Shown here: piece after piece, positions 34,702 through 47,400 of the stretch
How the letters are laid out: each line of letters begins with the position of its first letter
Numbering within the stretch: position 1 is the stretch's first letter
Assembly (NCBI RefSeq): GCF_963921235.1
Contig: NC_086109.1
Span: 6,822,001-6,886,000, forward strand
DNA: 64,000 nucleotides
Source of the DNA: Mobula hypostoma
Taxonomy: Eukaryota
Direction: 5' to 3'
Position numbers and translations under genes: made by a program
Notes under the pieces: generated by a model
What the model saw: only the letters and a program-made list of their open reading frames with translations
Told to the model about the DNA's origin: nothing
Databases searched by the model: none

Positions 34702-37491
34702 ATGGAGGTTGAGGAATTTATAAAGGCGCCCACCTTGGAGGCATTAGAGGATGCCAGGAAATCGGAATTGATAGCTGTGGCCAAACGGTTGAATCTTGCT
34801 AAGGTGAAGTCGACAATGAGGAGAGAGGAGATACACAGAGCTATTGTAGAGCAATATGTATCTAAAGGTGTGTTTCCCCAAGGTGAGCTGGGGGTGGTGT
34901 CTATTGAAAAACCTGCTGGAGACGCAGTACAGGTACAGCTTGAAAAACTGAGACCCGAGCACGAGTTCCGGGTACGGCAGTTAGAACACGAAGAGAAGGA
35001 GAGAGAGCTAGAAAGGCAAGAGAGAGAAAGACAGTTAGAGAGAGAGGAGAAAGAGAGGCAATGGGAGCGAGAAGAGAGAGAGAAACAGAGGGAAAGGGAA
35101 TTTGAGCTGGAGAAGTTAAAGATAAGGGCCGAGCAGGGGCTCGTGCCGAACCAAGGTGGAGGGTTCCGGGCGACCCAGGAGGTTAGGCTGGTTCCCCCAT
35201 TTGACGATACCGACGTGGATCGGTACTTCCTCCACTTCGAAAAAGTGGCTATAAGTCAGGACTGGCCGAGGGATAAGTGGGTTGTCTTACTTCAGAGTGT
35301 ACTGAAAGGGAAGGCCCAAGAAGCTTACTCAGCTTTGTCCGCGGAAGATGCCTAGAGGTATGAGGTGGTGAAAGAGGCCATCCTCAGGATTTATGAGTTG
35401 GTCCCGGAGGCATACCGGCAGAGGTTCCGGAATGCGAGGAAGCGGTGGGACCGCACGTATTTGGAGTTTGCTCGTGAGATGCAAACATATTGTGAGCGTT
35501 GGTGCGCCTCGAAAGGGGTAGAGGGGGATTATGACAGACTGCTACAACTGATCCTGATTGAGCAGTTTAAAGGTTGTGTCCCTGAGGGTATGAGACCCTA
35601 CCTCGATGAGAAAGAGGCAGCCACGTTAGCCGCAACTGCTAAGTTAGCGGATGAGTATGCGTTGACGCATAAAATGAAGTTTGCCCCGAGTAAAGGCTAC
35701 CAGAAGGGTAGTCAGGATGGCAGGGAGAGTCCGCCGGAAAAGTCAGAAAGTAAGCCGGGGACTAGTGAAAAGGATAAGGTAGACCGGGAGCAGTCTGGTA
35801 GGAAGTCTCCTGGGGTCGTCTGTTATAATTGTGGGAAAGTCGGACACTTTGCGTCCAGGTGCTTTGCCCCAAGGAAGGAGACGGGGAAAGGAAAAGCGGA
35901 AATTTGGAATGGCTGTATCGAGCTGTTAAGCGAACCGCTAGGGAAGGACAGGTCTGAAAAAGTCCAGGAAGGGCGCGAGAGGTTTATCTCGGCCGGACTG
36001 GTGTCAGTGAAGGAGAGGTTAAAACCAGTTCCAGTGCGGATCTGGAGAGACACGGGAGCGTGTCAGTCACTAATACTGAAGAGTGTATTAGAGTTTAGCT
36101 CAGAGACCCAGACTGGGGAGGTCAAAGTCAAAGGTGTTGGGGAAGGGACAGAGTCAATCCCTGTGCACCAGATACACTTACAAAGCAACCTGGTCTCTGG
36201 ACTAGTCACGATCGGGGTGAGGTCCGAATTACCGATGAAAGACGTGGAAGTCTTGCTCGGTAATGACCTCGCCGGGGGAATCGTGTTCCCAGTCGTGAGA
36301 TTGACAGGTCAGCCTGCCAGCATGGAGGCCCCGCCCGTGGACTCGCAGGTTTATCCCGTTTGCGCAGTAACTCGGCGGATGGCGAGGAAAGCTGCAGAGG
36401 CCGACATGAATTTAGCTGAAACATTTTTGCCAACCTTGTACGAGAAGGGGGTAGAAAATGGAAAGAAAGAGGGTAGTGAGACAAGTGGTAGTGAGGGAGC
36501 TGGGACGGACGTAGCAGTAGCCGGGAAAGAATTTGTGCAGACGCAGGAGCGAGACGAGGGGCTGATGGTTTTGGCAGAGACCGCTCTCTCTGACACAGCC
36601 TTGACAAGCTATTGTGCGGATGAGGAAGTGCTAAGGAAGAAAGGGAAATCAAGGACAGTATCCGCAGATGAGGAGTGGGGGGTGGTGCAAAAGAGTTATG
36701 GGGATGAGGTTTTTAAAATGGCCCACGAGGTACCCCCCAGTGGACATTTTGCAGTGCTGGAGGAAACAGTTGGTGGAATCATGAAAGAGATTTACCGGCT
36801 GCCCAGGAAAAAAAATGTTATTGATCATGACCGACGCGAACTGAGACGGTCACCGGCTTTTGATATGCTAACAAACCTAGTCGGTGTTAGCGTGGAAATC
36901 AATGAAGCTAGGGGCCCCCTGATAAGAGGAAAAACCCATTTTGAAAAGATTAGAATGGGATCGGTGAGATGGGAGAAGGCTATTGTTTTGGCCAGGTCTA
37001 CTGATAAGGTCTCTCCCTTAATCCCCGAACAAAGCGAATCTTTAGAAGGAGTAATTAAACGACTCGCACCCATGTGTTTGATTGTCCCGAGGAAATGCAA
37101 AGAACTGGGACGTTGGGTGATTGTGGTTACAATAGGGCAGCCAAGTAAACAACACCCATATTTTTTGAGTAATTCAGTGACTAAAGGGCTAATGAACACA
37201 GAGGTGTGTATTGGCAATTTAATACGGCTGTCTGAAGCCAGTTTGATAGTGAACCTTGAAAAAAATGAATTCGGCCACATGAGGGTCACTTACCTGGGAA
37301 TTGTGGTGACACAGGGGCAGCTGGCAGTGATGCAAGCTACAGTGCAGGCTATCGCTGACCTCCCAACCCCGACAGACAAGAGGGCCCTCAGAAGGCTCTT
37401 GGAGATGGTGGGGTACTGCAGGAAGTTTTGCAATAACTCTGCGGTCAATACCCGTCCCCCTCCTACTAAAGCCCTTGCGAGAGAAAATTGA
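34702..37491 (+). pseudogene. Second copy of the gag-pro polyprotein ORF with a premature stop
   Basis: Near-identical to 30652-33441. CAG>TAG at 35353-35355 truncates it at 217 aa, and there is also a C>T at 37280 (T>M). Confidence 0.9.
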
Positions 37492-37796
37492 GTCGGAATG
37501 GGACGACCCTTGTTATTGTGGTCCGGGACAAAACCAAATGAGAGGTTACATTGGTCGCAATTCATCAGTGTTTTTGGCCACTATGAAGTTTGCTGAGTTG
37601 GAGCCTGGTCTAAGGGATTATTAATAACACGTGTAAAAGGAACAGAAAATGTGATGACTGTCTGTCAAGGTGTTGACAGCTTCAAACTCGCTGTATTAGC
37701 CAAATAACTGATAAAGATGTATATTGTGTATGTATCAAATAATGTAGTCATGTTTGTAATTTTTACCTCCCGGTAAAAATCCTTAAAGGGGGGAAG

Positions 37797-38651
37797 TGTT
37801 ACGAGAATACACATAAAATTAAGATGTTGCTGGCCTGGGTTAGCATCAGTGACATCAGCAGTTGGTCTGCCACCTGCCCTCAGGGGAAGGAGAGATAAGG
37901 AACAATGGAGCAGCGTCTGGAGATGTGTAATGAAGGGACGTGGGAGAGAGAGAGAGCTGTCTGGAGCGGCTTCCCCCTTTGAACCCTGAACTGTTTGAAG
38001 TGATGGACAGGCGATACCCCAGCAGGGGGATAAAAAGGGACAGGTTCGCTAAGGCAACACACACGCCACCCGAGGTAACGGGACCCTGGAAGCGGTGCGC
38101 CTCTCACGAGTGGGTGAGAAGTATCAGACAACGACCAGGGTGGAAAGGTACGATCAGCGGGACCCGGTGTGTGTCCGCCCTTGCCTGGGTGCCGGGTTCA
38201 CTGCAGAGGATCGACCGCATCTGGAGGAGGGGTCACAGTCGGTGACCTCAGGTGACATCACCAAGGACCCGCCCAAAAGCTGCTTGTGAGCATCTCGCCG
38301 GTCTGTGAGTGAAGCAGTGTTCTGAATGATCAGTTGTTCCTGTTCTATCTCTCTCTTCCCCCACGTTGTCCATCGCCATGGCAACGATTACTGCGAACTG
38401 AACTGGACTGAACTTTGAGTCATTTTGAAATTTGGTCATTTACCCCTAGACAACGATAGAGCTTGATTGATGCTGTTATCTTAATTCTGTGCACATGTGC
38501 GTTTATCATCGCTGAACTGTTGCATTTATTATCCTTTCGATTACTGTGTTGCTTGTTTCTTTAATAAAACTTTCTTAGTTCTAGTACTCCAGACTCCAAC
38601 TGAGTGATCCATTTCTGCTGGTTTGGCAACCCAGTTACGGGGTACGTAACA
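37797..38651 (+). repeat. 3' LTR
   Basis: Follows the PPT, ends CGTAACA, and is followed by TSD GATG. Confidence 0.95.
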
Positions 38652-39090
38652 GATGGTATTCCTGAGTCTCCACCTGGGACTTGCATGACTGACAGTAGTG
38701 AAAACTGAGCTGGTGGCATGATGAAGGAAGCCCTGAACACCACTAGAGTTGGAGGAACTTCATTGCTGCCCCAAACGCCAGAGGTGTAATGGGCAGTAAA
38801 ACATGTGTGGATGTTAAGGGAAGTTCCGGGCTCACCTTTGTTCAAATGTTCACTACTCTACATTTCCCACTGAAGACTGATCACTTAGGATCAAGGATCA
38901 ACTTGATTCACCATTGATATATTTACAAGGTTCAAAGTAAATGTATGATCAATGTATGTATTTGAGGTCCTCCGTAGTTGGAAATCGACCATGGGTGTTG
39001 CATTCTAGCTGTCTATGTGATACATAAGCCTTATTTGTTGCCCATTATGTCATTGGCATTTAGGGCAGCAATGCCATCTCCGTCTGTCCA

Positions 39091-39750
39091 TTAGATTAGA
39101 TTATGAGGACACTCAGTCCTCGTTTATTGTCATTTAGAAATGCATATATTAAAAAATGATACAATGTTCCTCCAGAATGATATCACAAGAAACAGGACAA
39201 ACCAAGACTAAAACTGATAAAACCACATAATTATAACATATAGTTACAACAGTGCAAAGCAATACCATAATTTGATAAAGAGCAGACCATGGGCACGGTA
39301 AAAAAATAGTCTCAAGTCCCGATAGCCCCATCATCTCACACAGACGGTAGAAGGGAGAAACTCTCCCTGCCATGAACCTCCAAGTGCTGCAGACTTGCCG
39401 ATGCAGCACCATTGGAAGCACCCGACTGCAGCGGACTCTGAGTCCGTCCGAAAACTTTGAGCCTCCGACACCGAGCACCGAGCACCATCCTCTGCCGAGT
39501 GCTTCAACCCCGCCCCGGCCGCCAAGCAACAGGCAAAGCCGAGGACTCGGGGCCTTCCCCTCTGGAGATTTCGGACCACACAGTAGCAGCGGCAACGAAG
39601 CAGGCATTTCAGAAGTTTCACCAGATGTTCCTTCATGCTCTCACGTCCGTCTCCATCAAATCAGGATTGTGCACGGCACCCTACTTGACAAATAACAGAC
39701 ATCACCGCCGGAGTGGCCGCTGCGAGCTGCGTCGCGCCGCCATCTTCTCC
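39091..39750 (-). mobile_element. Non-autonomous non-LTR element, same family as 13999-14624
   Basis: The minus strand starts GGAGAAGATGGCGGCG and ends CCTCATAATCTAATCTAA. Confidence 0.75.
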
Positions 39751-41330
39751 TCTCCATGCTTGTTGCACATGGGTAAAGAAGGATTCTTCATCGCTGTTTC
39801 TGTAACAGTTTTGTTTGACCAGTCAGGGTTGTTAGCCCTGAGCTGAACCCCCAAACCTGGAGGTCCGGTGCACCACTCTTAGTTTGGCCTTTACCCTTTG
39901 ACCTGTTTGGCAGGATGACCCTACCAAGAGTCAAAACATAAAGCTCGGACTCCAACCCATGTAGCTCTCTAGGTCATTGAGGCACGAAAGCCTCCAAACA
40001 CTACGGCAGGGTTATGGTCCTCTTGGAGGGTTATGCAAGCCCGGCAGTTCAGTATGGAGAACAAGCAGTCTCCCCGTCTCCACACAGCTGATGAAGTCAA
40101 AGGAACAGCAGAGACCAATACAGTTTGGCACCAGTGGCATTGCAGGAGTTGCCAGTCAGTGTTGAACTTAACGTAGGACTGACTTAGGGACTCTGGCTCC
40201 AGATTTTTCCCTCAGGGATTACTCCTGAAGCCTTCCCAATGAGTGGGTATGGCCGCATGGCAGCAGAGGTTTTAGAACAGAGTTTTCCTCATCCTTGCTG
40301 GGCTGCCAACCATGGCTAACGAGCCCCATCTGCCTGCAGTGACTGGTGTTAAGGTGCCAGTAACCTGCCTTTGCCCCTTCTCCTGTCAGTAGATACGGTT
40401 CCACTGGGCTTAGTGGCTAAGCCACATGTGAAGGCCAGGAGCTGAACTTGGCTGTCAGAGGCTATTTGAGACACACACCGTTGGGAGCATTTAATAGGTA
40501 GTGGGAGCTTGTCCCCATTCCATCCCGAGCTACAACAATTTTAAGGAACTCAAAGTACAGAAGTATCTGTCACCACATACAATAGAATCAATGAAAAGCT
40601 ACACACAATGACTGATGAACACCAAAGGGTAAATGAAGTTAAACTGCAACCACAAAAATATAAATAAATAAGTAATAAATAATATTGAGAACATGAGTTG
40701 TAGAGTTCTTGGAGTGAGTCTGTAGGTTGTGGAATCAGTTCAGTGTTGAGCTGAATGAAGTTATCAACTCTGGTCAGTAGCCTGATGGTTGAAGGGTAAT
40801 AACTGCACACGTTAGGAGTCTGTTGTGGTGTGTTGGCTAGGGGATGGCAAAGGACTCTTCATCTCACGTTTTTGATATTTATTGCTTATTTATTAATTAT
40901 TATTTTTTTCCTTTTTTTGTATTTGCACAGTCCGTAGTCTTCTTCACCGTGGTTGAACGCCCTAGTTGGGCAGTCTTTCATGGATTCTGTTATGGTTATT
41001 ATTCTATAGGTTTATTGAGTATGCCCACAAGAAAATGAACCTCAGGGTTGTATATGGTGACATACATACACTTTGAACTTTGAACATGCAACAAAAACAT
41101 TTAACAATGACAAATAATAAAGAATGATACAAAACATAAAGTTCGAGGTTGAAGCACGGATGTGGAGTAACCTGTGCATAAATATATACTGTAATAGGAT
41201 AGAGTTACCATTGATGTCAACTTCTTCCAACAGGTGAAAGTAATAATGGAACACTCTATCAAGACCCAGGTCACCGTGAAGGTCATTGGTCCATGAAAAC
41301 AATGCATAACTTTCAAGATAGAAGTTACCA

Positions 41331-41440
41331 AGATAAGCAGAATAACTGGTAGAGTATTTTCTTCTGCAAACATTAAATCGGCAAAGTGACTGGTCGCATA
41401 ATTTATGGTAAAAAAAAAGGGCGACTCGCGGTGTATAAAA
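41331..41440 (+). promoter_or_regulatory. Chitinase proximal promoter (TATA box; GATA-, HNF4- and CDX-like sites)
   Basis: TATAAAA at 41434-41440 is 35 nt before ATG 41475. AGATAAG 41331-41337, GGCAAAGTGA ~41380-41389, TTTATGG 41402-41408. Confidence 0.6.
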
Positions 41441-41474
41441 GGACTTGCCTTGTCCACATTAGGACAGCTGCAAG

Positions 41475-41499
41475 ATGACAAAACTTCTGCTTGTATCAG
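41475..41499 (+). CDS. CHIA: Chitinase exon 1 (MTKLLLVS)
   Basis: ATG after the TATA box; 25 nt; donor G|GTGAGT. Confidence 0.8.
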
Positions 41500-44400
41500 G
41501 TGAGTGAGCCGTTTACTCACTTATGTTTTATCGTATTTGGCATTGCATGCACGGCAGAGTGAAGGGACACCTGTGCTCAGCTCTGAAATAATTGTGCACT
41601 CCAGAGCAAAGCGTCACTCAGTGGCTTTGACTGGAGACTGGAGGCTCAGAGGCTGTGGTTGAAGGCCTGTCATGTGTGTGTGAATCAGAGGCGGGTTTAT
41701 CATCACTGACCTATGTTGTGAAATTTATTGTTTTGTGGCAGCAGTACAGTGCTTGAAGTAATACATTACAATAAGAAATATATAACAATTAAATAGGCAG
41801 TGCAGGAAGAGAACTAGGTAGTGAGGAGGTGTTCACGTGATCGTGGACCGTTCAGAAATCTGATGGTGGAGAGGAAGAAGGTGATTCTGAAATGTTGAGT
41901 GTGTCTTCAGACTCCTGTACCTCATTCCTGATGGTAGCAACGAGAAGAGGGCATGTCCCGGGTGGGTCCATAACAAAGGGTGGGTGGGTGGGGAGGGAAG
42001 AACGGGCTTGTTTTTCTGTTGTTGCTTTGTTACTGGTTGTGCTCTGTGTTGTTCTGCTGAACACCAACGCACTACGTTGGTGCTGGTATGCATGGCAACA
42101 CTTGTGGGCTGCGCCCAGCACACCCTTGCAGAAGATGCATTTCACTGTGTGTTCCAATGTACATGTGATAAATATCCGAATCTGAACTTCTGACAGCAGA
42201 AATTCTGCAGATTCTGGAAATCCTGAGCAATGCACACAAAATGCTGCCTGACTTGCTGAATTCCTCCGGCATTTTGTGTGTGTTAGTCTCTTGCGTTGAA
42301 CAGGAATCATTGCAGCTTTCTCTCTGGAGGTCCATTTTATCTCCCCTCGGGGCCTCAGGGGAATTCTTTAGATGCCCGTTCCACTAATGCAATGCCCTGA
42401 AACAGGAGATACGGGGGTAGGACTAGGCCATTAAGCTAATTGTTTCTGCTGGCCATTCAGTGGGATCATAGCTGACCTTTTACCTCAGTTCCACTCTCCT
42501 GAAATGATCTTTTAGTATCTCTAATGGGTGACAGGATGCAGATATGTCTCTACCAAAGGAGGTGTAAGGTGCTCCTTCCCTCTACCAGCCTGCAGGTCAC
42601 CCTAGGGCAAGGTGCAGCACCTGCTTAGCCCCCAGATCAGGGTCACTTGAAGCCATGGGAGCAGGTGGTGGATGGTCGTATGAGCAGCTGGTACATATCA
42701 CAAGTCCTGGTTATGTGACCACCGACGCCAGGCAGACAATCTCTGAAGAGTGTTGATAATGGCTGGTGTCACCCATCTTGTAAAGTCACTGCCCAGAAGA
42801 AGGCAATGGCAAACCACTTCTGTAGAAAATTTTGCCAAGGACAATCGTCGTCATGGGAAGACCATGATCGCCCACGTCGTACGACACGGCGCGTAACGAA
42901 TGGACAAAGAATATCTAAACTCCGACTTGACTCCTGTTTCAATTATACTCACGGACTAAGTCTCTATCGCCCTCCTGGGTAGGACTTTTCAAAAATGTGC
43001 CCCTAGGTGAAGAAATTTCTCCTCCTCCCTAATTCTTTCTTTGAGACTGTGACCCCTTTCTTCTGGACACCACCGCCTGGCAAAGCATCTTTCCATCTCA
43101 GTTATTTTGAAGTTGTATGAGATGTTGGCGAGTCATATTTGGAGTATTGTGTGCGGTTCTGGTCATTTCCGCCTATTTCCGCCACCCTCCTTCTCTTCCC
43201 CACTCTGGCCTCTAACATCTTCTTACCTGATTTCCCTTCTCCTTCTTTTTCTGCTCTGGACTGCTCTCTTCACCTATCAGATTGATTCCTTTCCAGCCCT
43301 TTATCTTTCCACACCACCTGGCTACAGCTGTCCCCTTCTTGCTATCCTCCGTCCACTCTCCCAGCATATGGAGAAGACGTCAATGACTGAAAGACTATTG
43401 AGAAAGTTTACAAGAATGTTGCCAGAACTTGAGGATCTGAGTTAAAGGGAAAAGCCGAGTAAGTTAGGACTTCATTCCCTGGACAATAAAGGGAGATTTG
43501 ATTGAAGAATTAAAAAATACATGAGGGGTGTATATCGGATAAACACAAACAGACTTTTCCCACTGAGGTTGAGTGAGACTAGGTCATGGGTTAAGGGTGA
43601 AGTGTGAAATATTGAATGGGAGCTTCTTCACTCAAAAGATGGTGTGAGTGTGGAACGAGCTGCCAGTGAAAGTGGCGGATGCGGCTTGGATCTCAGCATT
43701 TAAGAGAAATTCGTACAGGTATGTGGATGGGAGGGGTGTGGAGAGCATTGGTCCGGGTGCAGCATTGATGGGAGTAGACGGAATAACAGAGTGGCACAGA
43801 GTGTCCGAAGGGTCTGCTTTTGTGCGGTAGCAATCTATAGCTCCACGGACAAAGACAGTGTTTACCTTGCTGTTGTGAAGCTACCAAATGCTCCCCTAGT
43901 ATGATAAGATAAACTGCTGACATCACAACCCTACCCCTGTCATGGCTCTCGCACCTTATTGCCTGCCTGCACTGCACTTTCTCTGCAACTGTAACACTCT
44001 ATTCTGCATTCTGTTGTTGTTTTACCCTTGTACTACCTCAATGCACTGATGCGATGAAATGATCCGTTTGCATGGCATGCAAAACAAAGATTTCCACTCT
44101 ACCTCGGTACATGAGACAATAGTAAACCAATCTATCAAATGAATTTAACCACATGAGGCAGAAGAGATAAGATGAAGGTGAAGCCGTATCTGTGGGGAGA
44201 AAACAGGGTGGATACTGAGGAGTTCTGCAATACCTGTTTTGAAATTCAGTGTACGTGAATTAACTGTTACTTCACTGACTGTTTGCATGTGGCCTCCTCT
44301 ACACTGGAGAAGCCAAGTAGGTAGGGAGACTGTTCAGTCTTCAAGAGTGACCGCTGTCACTTCAACCCCTTCTCCCACACTGACATCTCTGTTTACGGCT

Positions 44401-47400
44401 TCCACTGATGCTCTAACCATGCCCAGCTTGAGGAACAGTGCTTCATCTTCATCTTCCATCTGAGCACGTCACAGCCCTTGGGATTTAATATTGAAATCAG
44501 ATCTTTCTGGTAGGCTGTTGCTCTCCGTGTAATTCTCGTTCTCTGTCTCTCCCCCATCCATCCACTTTTCCCCTCACCTGGTCTCACCTATCACCTGCCA
44601 GCTCGACCTCTTTCCCTTCCTAACCCCATCACCTTATTCTGCTTTGTCCCCCTTCTTTCCAGTCCTAATGAGGGGTCTTGCTCCAAAACGTCGACTGTTT
44701 ATCCCCCTCCATAGATGCTGCCTGACCTGCTACTTTCTTTTAAAATCTTTTTATTAATTCTCTAAAATTATAAACAGAATAACAATATTGACACAGAGAG
44801 ATTGAATCTTATTGTTGATAAACATGTACAAAAAGACTTCAAATAATACAGGTGCAATAGACTTACAAACTCTTAATATAGTTAATCATAGAGAAAGAAA
44901 GAAATAAAAAGAAAAAACAAAATAATGCAAAAAACCCAAAAAGAAAGCAAACAGAACAAAACAAGGCTGGACCAATATCTTAAATCGAACATGTTCAGTA
45001 ATGTCATCAACTCCGCTCCTCTATTCATATATTTTAAGTTAATAAAAAGGATTCGGAAAAGGTCAAATTACATCATGTGAAAATGTTGAATAAATGGTTT
45101 CCAAGTCTCTTCAAATTTAACCGAAGGATCAAAAATATCACTTCTAATTTTTTTCTAAATTTAAACATGATATAGTTTGGGAAAACTATTGAGATGTGGT
45201 AGGAGGATTGGTCTCCTTCCAGTTCAATAAAATGGATCTTCTGGCCATTAAAGTAACAAATGCGATCATCCGACAGGTTGAACAGGATAAAATTCTATGT
45301 TCTGTCATTGGCAAACCAAAAATTGCCGTAATAGGATGGGATTGTAAGTCAAAATGCAAAACTGTTGAAATAATATCAAAAATATCTTTCCAGAATTTTT
45401 CCAAGAGAGGGCAGGACCAAAACATATGAGTCAAGGAAGCCACCTCAGAGTGACATCTGTCACAGATAGGGTTTATATGGGAATAAAAACGAGCTAATTT
45501 ATCTTTAGACATATGGGCCCTATGTACTACTTTAAATTGTATTAGCGTATGTTTGGCACATATAGAGGAAACTGCCTGACCTGCCAAGCTCCTCCTGCAT
45601 TCGTGTGTGTTACCCTAGAACCAAAACCAGGTTTGTTATCACTGGCATACTATGCCCACTACTTACTAACCCTAACCCGTATGTCTTTGGAATGTGGGAG
45701 GAAATGGGAGCCACTGGACAAAAGTCATGTGGTCACAGGGAGAATGTACAAACTCCTTACAGACAGACGTGGGAATTGAACCACGATCGGTTATCGTTAA
45801 TGCGGTGAAGCCAGGTGACAACCACTAAACCACAATACTGCTTATAAAGGGTTGATGGTTTTACTCCTGTGCTGTATAAGACTCTGATTCTACAACTCAG
45901 CTATACTTGCAGTAAGATTAAGGCATGATTTGATTCTAATTTCTAACATAAGTCCTGTACTCTCTGTTACAGCGATGGTCTTGTTGGCGTGCCTGCAACT
46001 GGGTAAGTCTCTGTGCATCACCAGAACTCCATAAGAGATAAGTGTAGAATTAGGCCATTCAGCCCATCGAGTCAGCTCTGCCATTCCATCATGGCTGATT
46101 TATTATCCCTCTCAACCTGCCTTTTCCCAGTATCCTTTGACATCATGACTAATCAAGAACCTCTGCTTTAAATATACCCACTGACTCGGCCAAGACACAA
46201 AGCTATAGGAATGGCACTTCACCCACGTTCAGTTAGATGCCATAAGACCATAGACATAGGAATAGAACTGGCCAATCAAACCTGCTGCACCATTCTATCA
46301 TAGCTGATTTATTATCTCTCTCATCTCCATTCTCTTTTCTCCATAACCTTTGACACCCTGACTAGTCTAGAACCTATTGACCTCAGCTTTAAATATACCC
46401 AGTGACTTAGCCTCCACAGCCGAATATGACAATGAATTCCACAGATTCACCATCCTCTGGGTAAAGAAACTCCTCCTCATCTCTGTTCTAAAGGGCTGTC
46501 TTATTCTGAGGCTGTGTCCTCTGGTCCGAGACTCTGTCACCATTGGAAATATTCTCTCTACATACACTCTTTCTAGGCCTTTCAGTATTCGATAGGTTTC
46601 AATGAGATCCCCCCTCAGTGCGTACAGGCCCAGAACCATGAAACGCTCCTCATACATTAACCCTTTCATTCCTGGGATCATTGCTTTGCTTTGTCTACTG
46701 GGTCGAGGTGTTCTCCTCACTCCTGTCTCCTGCCCGCAGGCTCTGCCTACAGACTGGTTTGCTACTTCACAAACTGGGCTCAGTACAGACCCGGAGAGGG
46801 GAAATACCTGCCCAAGAATGTGGACCCCTGCCTGTGCACGCATGTGATCTACGCCTTCGCCGGGATGAAGAACAACGAGATCACCACCTACGAATGGAAC
46901 GACCCGAAACTCTACCAGGAAATTAACAGCCTTAAGAACAAGTTCAGTAAAACTCTATTACTCTGATGGTACAAGATTTGCAGATCGTACTGACTATTAA
47001 AAATTATACGTATAGACAGCATAAAACATTTTTGTTCAGTTTCTTAACATGTTAAAATGAAAAGTTCCAGAGAACCCAGTAAATTTCAAGTTAGCACAGG
47101 TACAGGGGCTGTGGTGAGTTTATAAGGACCTGATCTGATGAGTCATGTACCCATCTATTAGAGACATTGGACTGAGACAAAATAATAAGACCAGAAGACA
47201 TAGGAGCAAAATTAGGCCATTCAGCCCATCAAGTCAGCTCCACCATTTCATCATGGCTGATCCACTTTCCTACCCAGCTCCAATCTCCTGCTTTCTCACC
47301 ACAATCCTTCATGCCCTGACTAATCAAGAATCTATCAGCCTCTGCCTTAGATATACTCAATGACTTGGCCTCCACAGCCACCTCTGGCAACACATTCTAC

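Larger units (their letters stand above)
29700..38651 (+). mobile_element. Tandem non-autonomous Gmr1-like Ty3/Gypsy retrotransposon (LTR-I-LTR-I-LTR)
   Basis: LTRs at 29700-30552, 33747-34602 and 37797-38651, with a 4050-bp internal period and one TSD, GATG (29696-29699 / 38652-38655). Degenerate tRNA-Pro PBS TGGGGTTCTCGTCCGCGAT at 30557-30575 and 34607-34625. PPT AAAGGGGGGAAG at 33735-33746 and 37785-37796. Confidence 0.95.
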
